A DNA stretch of 32,000 nt, from contig NC_017039.1 of the NCBI RefSeq assembly GCF_000284455.1, forward strand, positions 2,550,001-2,582,000. The letters are read 5' to 3'. Positions 29,771 to 32,000 of this stretch are shown piece after piece. Every line of letters begins with the position of its first letter. Position 1 is the first letter of the stretch. Below the pieces are notes generated by a model. It searched no databases. It was not told the DNA's origin and saw only the letters and a list, made by a program, of their open reading frames with translations. The position numbers were made by a program, and so were the translations under genes. The DNA is from Synechocystis sp. PCC 6803 substr. PCC-P (GTDB taxonomy: Bacteria; Cyanobacteriota; Cyanobacteriia; Cyanobacteriales; Microcystaceae).

Positions 29771-30220
29771 TCAAATCTTTAAGGTCTGGGGCCATTTAGC
29801 TTTGATTGTTTCCCTCAATCCGGAGTGACAAAATTTTTGCCATTGGGAAGAGTATCGCCAAAACAGGGTAGCTAAGCTCCCACAGGAGAGGGAAAGCCCC
29901 AACAAAATAAAGGTGACTGGGGTAATGACCCCAATACTGAACCAAGAAGCAACGTGGAGCACCATTACTCCACAGACGGTGAGGGTGGCAACGTAGGCAG
30001 TGTTAACTGACCAGCGGGGTTGCCCTAGGGCAATTAAAACGGCGCAAATGGTGGTCCAGAGTAAAATTGACGGTACCAGGGCGGCGCAAATGCCAACGCA
30101 GTGGCCTCGGGAAAAATCAGCTAACCAGGTAATCAAATTCATACTCTCAAAAAAAAGTTCGGCGGCGATCGCCCATAGGACCGTGCCGCCCATTATATAG
30201 CAACAGCCCAAGGAGGGCAT
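29771..30220 (-). CDS. hypothetical integral membrane protein
   Basis: 149 aa ORF with four hydrophobic segments; no family recognised. Confidence 0.55.
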   Translation of the reverse strand: MPSLGCCYIMGGTVLWAIAAELFFESMNLITWLADFSRGHCVGICAALVPSILLWTTICAVLIALGQPRWSVNTAYVATLTVCGVMVLHVASWFSIGVITPVTFILLGLSLSCGSLATLFWRYSSQWQKFCHSGLRETIKAKWPQTLKI

Positions 30221-30372
30221 GGCAGTGGACTGGGGGCACCCAGAACTGAAAATTTAAAACGTTCACGATGGTTTTTGCTATGGTTGACGAGAAGGGCAAG
30301 GAGCAATGGAGTCGCCATTCTTCGCCTCAACTTTCGGCAAATTTTCAACTTTGTTCAATCCCGCAACCTTCC

Positions 30373-30696
30373 ATGGATACAAACGACTGGCTTAAACAAC
30401 TCTTGATGATCGGTGTTGGCACCACCACCCTCGTGGCGGAAAAACTCAGCGATGTGAGTGATCAATGGGTGAAGGAAGGCAAAATTAACGCCGACCAGGC
30501 CACCGCTTTTGTGGATGATTTGATGAACCAAATCAAAAACGAGCAGGGACAAATTGAAGCAAATCTGGAAAGACAACTGCGCAATATGCTCCAGGATTTG
30601 GGCCTACCCCGTCAGTCGGAAATGGACGAGTTGCGGGGACGTATAGATCGCCTAGAACGACAAATCCGTGACCTGGAAAATCAGCGTTGGCGTTAA
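30373..30696 (+). CDS. hypothetical helical protein, phasin-like
   Basis: Internal ATG 30373 (MDTNDWLKQLLMIGVGTTTLVAEKLSDVSDQWVKEGKINADQATAFVDDLM) gives a helical/coiled-coil protein; the track start at 30268 looks too long. Confidence 0.65.
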   Translation: MDTNDWLKQLLMIGVGTTTLVAEKLSDVSDQWVKEGKINADQATAFVDDLMNQIKNEQGQIEANLERQLRNMLQDLGLPRQSEMDELRGRIDRLERQIRDLENQRWR

Positions 30697-30757
30697 CCCT
30701 GGGTGGGGCCCATTGGCCCTGGTGAACAGTGACAAAACAATTGCACGATAGAGTTTA

Positions 30758-30830
30758 TGGAGAATAGGGAACTCGAATCCCTGACCTCTGCGGTGCGATC
30801 GCAGCGCTCTACCAACTGAGCTAATTCCCC
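30758..30830 (-). tRNA. tRNA-Ala (anticodon CGC)
   Basis: Minus-strand sequence GGGGAAT-TA-GCTC-AGTTGGTA-GAGC-G-CTGCG-ATCGCAC-CGCAG-AGGTC-AGGGA-TTCGAGT-TCCCT-ATTCTCC-A folds as a full 73-nt cloverleaf. It has the G3:U70 alanine identity pair. Confidence 0.95.
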
Positions 30831-30856
30831 GAACTGACCCTCCATTCTAGCATTCG

Positions 30857-31162
30857 ATGTTGCTGTTCGTTATCTGTTTTAATTTTGTCCTAGCCCTGGG
30901 CAATGTCTTCTTAGCCGTTAGGCTTTACTTTGTCTATCGACAGTTACAGCAACTCACCAAGCGTTTAGACCATTGGGAAAGCTGTTGCCATAACCTGTTT
31001 GCTCCGGCCCCTGCCCTGTTGACCAATTTGGCCCAAAAAAATCGACATTTACGTCAGCAGTACAATCTCTTGCTAAAACGTTGGTCTTTGATCAAAGGGG
31101 TGTTACAAATTTGGCAGTTGGCTAGTCAGGGTCGCTGGTGGGCGAACTTGGTTAATGATTAG
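30857..31162 (+). CDS. hypothetical protein with N-terminal TM segment
   Basis: 101 aa ORF; MLLFVICFNFVLALGNVFLAVRLYFVYRQLQQL then a basic helical region. Confidence 0.6.
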   Translation: MLLFVICFNFVLALGNVFLAVRLYFVYRQLQQLTKRLDHWESCCHNLFAPAPALLTNLAQKNRHLRQQYNLLLKRWSLIKGVLQIWQLASQGRWWANLVND

Positions 31163-31236
31163 GGAAAAATTAAGTTTTACAAAAATTTCCTGGCACAGTT
31201 GAAGAAACTTTCAGCAAATTAATCGCAGCAAAACCA

Positions 31237-32000
31237 ATGAAACCCAAAGTGGCGATCGCCTGTCAGGGTGGGGGCAGCCAAACTGCTTTCACCGCCGGTG
31301 TAATGAAGGCTCTGTTCGAGAACAAGATGCAAGACCACTTCGACATTGTGAGTTTGAGTGGTACTTCTGGAGGCGCTATTTGTGCCCTACTAATTTGGTA
31401 TGCCCTGAAAAAAGGAGAAAATCCGGTCTGGAAAAGATTGCTTGATTTTTGGCTGGATAACAGTGCCCAAACCTATCAGGAAAGATTTTTTAATGATTTT
31501 GTCATTAGGTCTCTGGAGTTGACCAGCAAAGGCATCGTTCCCCAGTATAGTGTGACTCCCTATTCTCCCCTAGCCCAGACCTGGTTAGCTTCGGCTACCC
31601 AAGGGTTACGGAGTCGCTTTATCAATTTAGAAGAATTGTTACAGGTTCATGTCGATTTTTCAGAGTTAGCAACTTGGGGCAAGCAATTAGAGCCCCCGGT
31701 ACTTTTAATTGGAGCTTGCAATATTCTGACGGGAAAACTAGATAAGTTTAATTCTCGCCAGGAAGCCATAAGAATAGAGCATCTGCTTGCTTCGGCCTGT
31801 GTGCCAAATATTTTTCCCACCGTTGTTATTGAAGAAGAGGGTGAAAAAAAAGCTTACTGGGATGGCTTATTTTCTGATAATCCTCCCATTCGTTCTTTAT
31901 ACAGGCAAGATTTTGTCGGTATTGAGAACATTCCCCAGGAAATTTGGGTAATTAAAATTAATCCGACCCAGACCGATAAAATTCCCACCGATGCCGATGA
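31237..32000 (+). CDS. patatin-like phospholipase (partial, runs off window end)
   Basis: Not in the ORF track because it has no stop in the window. Manual translation gives MKPKVAIACQGGGSQTAFTAGVMKALFE, nucleophile elbow SGTSGGA and YWDGLFSDN (Asp of the dyad). Confidence 0.88.
   Translation, partial: MKPKVAIACQGGGSQTAFTAGVMKALFENKMQDHFDIVSLSGTSGGAICALLIWYALKKGENPVWKRLLDFWLDNSAQTYQERFFNDFVIRSLELTSKGIVPQYSVTPYSPLAQTWLASATQGLRSRFINLEELLQVHVDFSELATWGKQLEPPVLLIGACNILTGKLDKFNSRQEAIRIEHLLASACVPNIFPTVVIEEEGEKKAYWDGLFSDNPPIRSLYRQDFVGIENIPQEIWVIKINPTQTDKIPTDAD

Noticed and set aside
1-32000. Very frequent GCGATCGC/GGCGATCGCC palindromes across coding and intergenic DNA
   Set aside because: This is the known cyanobacterial HIP1 motif, typical of Synechocystis genomes, so it is not itself a new repeat family. 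Only the tRNA overlap is reported.
1-32000. Possible CRISPR array, prophage or intact transposon
   Set aside because: No regularly spaced direct repeats, cas, integrase, phage structural or full-length transposase genes were seen in the window.

Overview
This window looks like core chromosome of a Synechocystis-type cyanobacterium. GCGATCGC/GGCGATCGCC (HIP1) octamers are dense, and chlG, pipX, ecaB-like, thiS and DUF3082 genes are present. Most of it is housekeeping or conserved genes: glcD-like FAD-linked oxidase, aspartate aminotransferase, citrate synthase, sixA, carboxynorspermidine dehydrogenase, thiS, rnz, purU, beta-carbonic anhydrase, GST, ilvN, ybeY, dgkA, trpG, chlG, an amino-acid-binding protein, pipX, an AI-2E transporter, tRNA-Ala(CGC), and a patatin-like phospholipase cut by the window end. 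The best candidate for an under-described system is a two-gene minus-strand unit. It pairs a 1239-aa NACHT-like P-loop NTPase with a long HEAT-like repeat array and an unassigned C-terminal domain (17599-21318) with a proteasome-like Anbu-type peptidase 20 bp downstream (16802-17578). Other points worth checking are an XRE-HTH/coiled-coil protein whose C-terminus resembles the GrpE beta domain, a graveyard of three different IS remnants packed between a WD40 gene and aspC, a HIP1 octamer spanning a tRNA anticodon arm, an orphan solute-binding protein and a few inverted repeats. No CRISPR array, intact transposon or prophage was found. Family calls are from motif recognition only; no database search was run.
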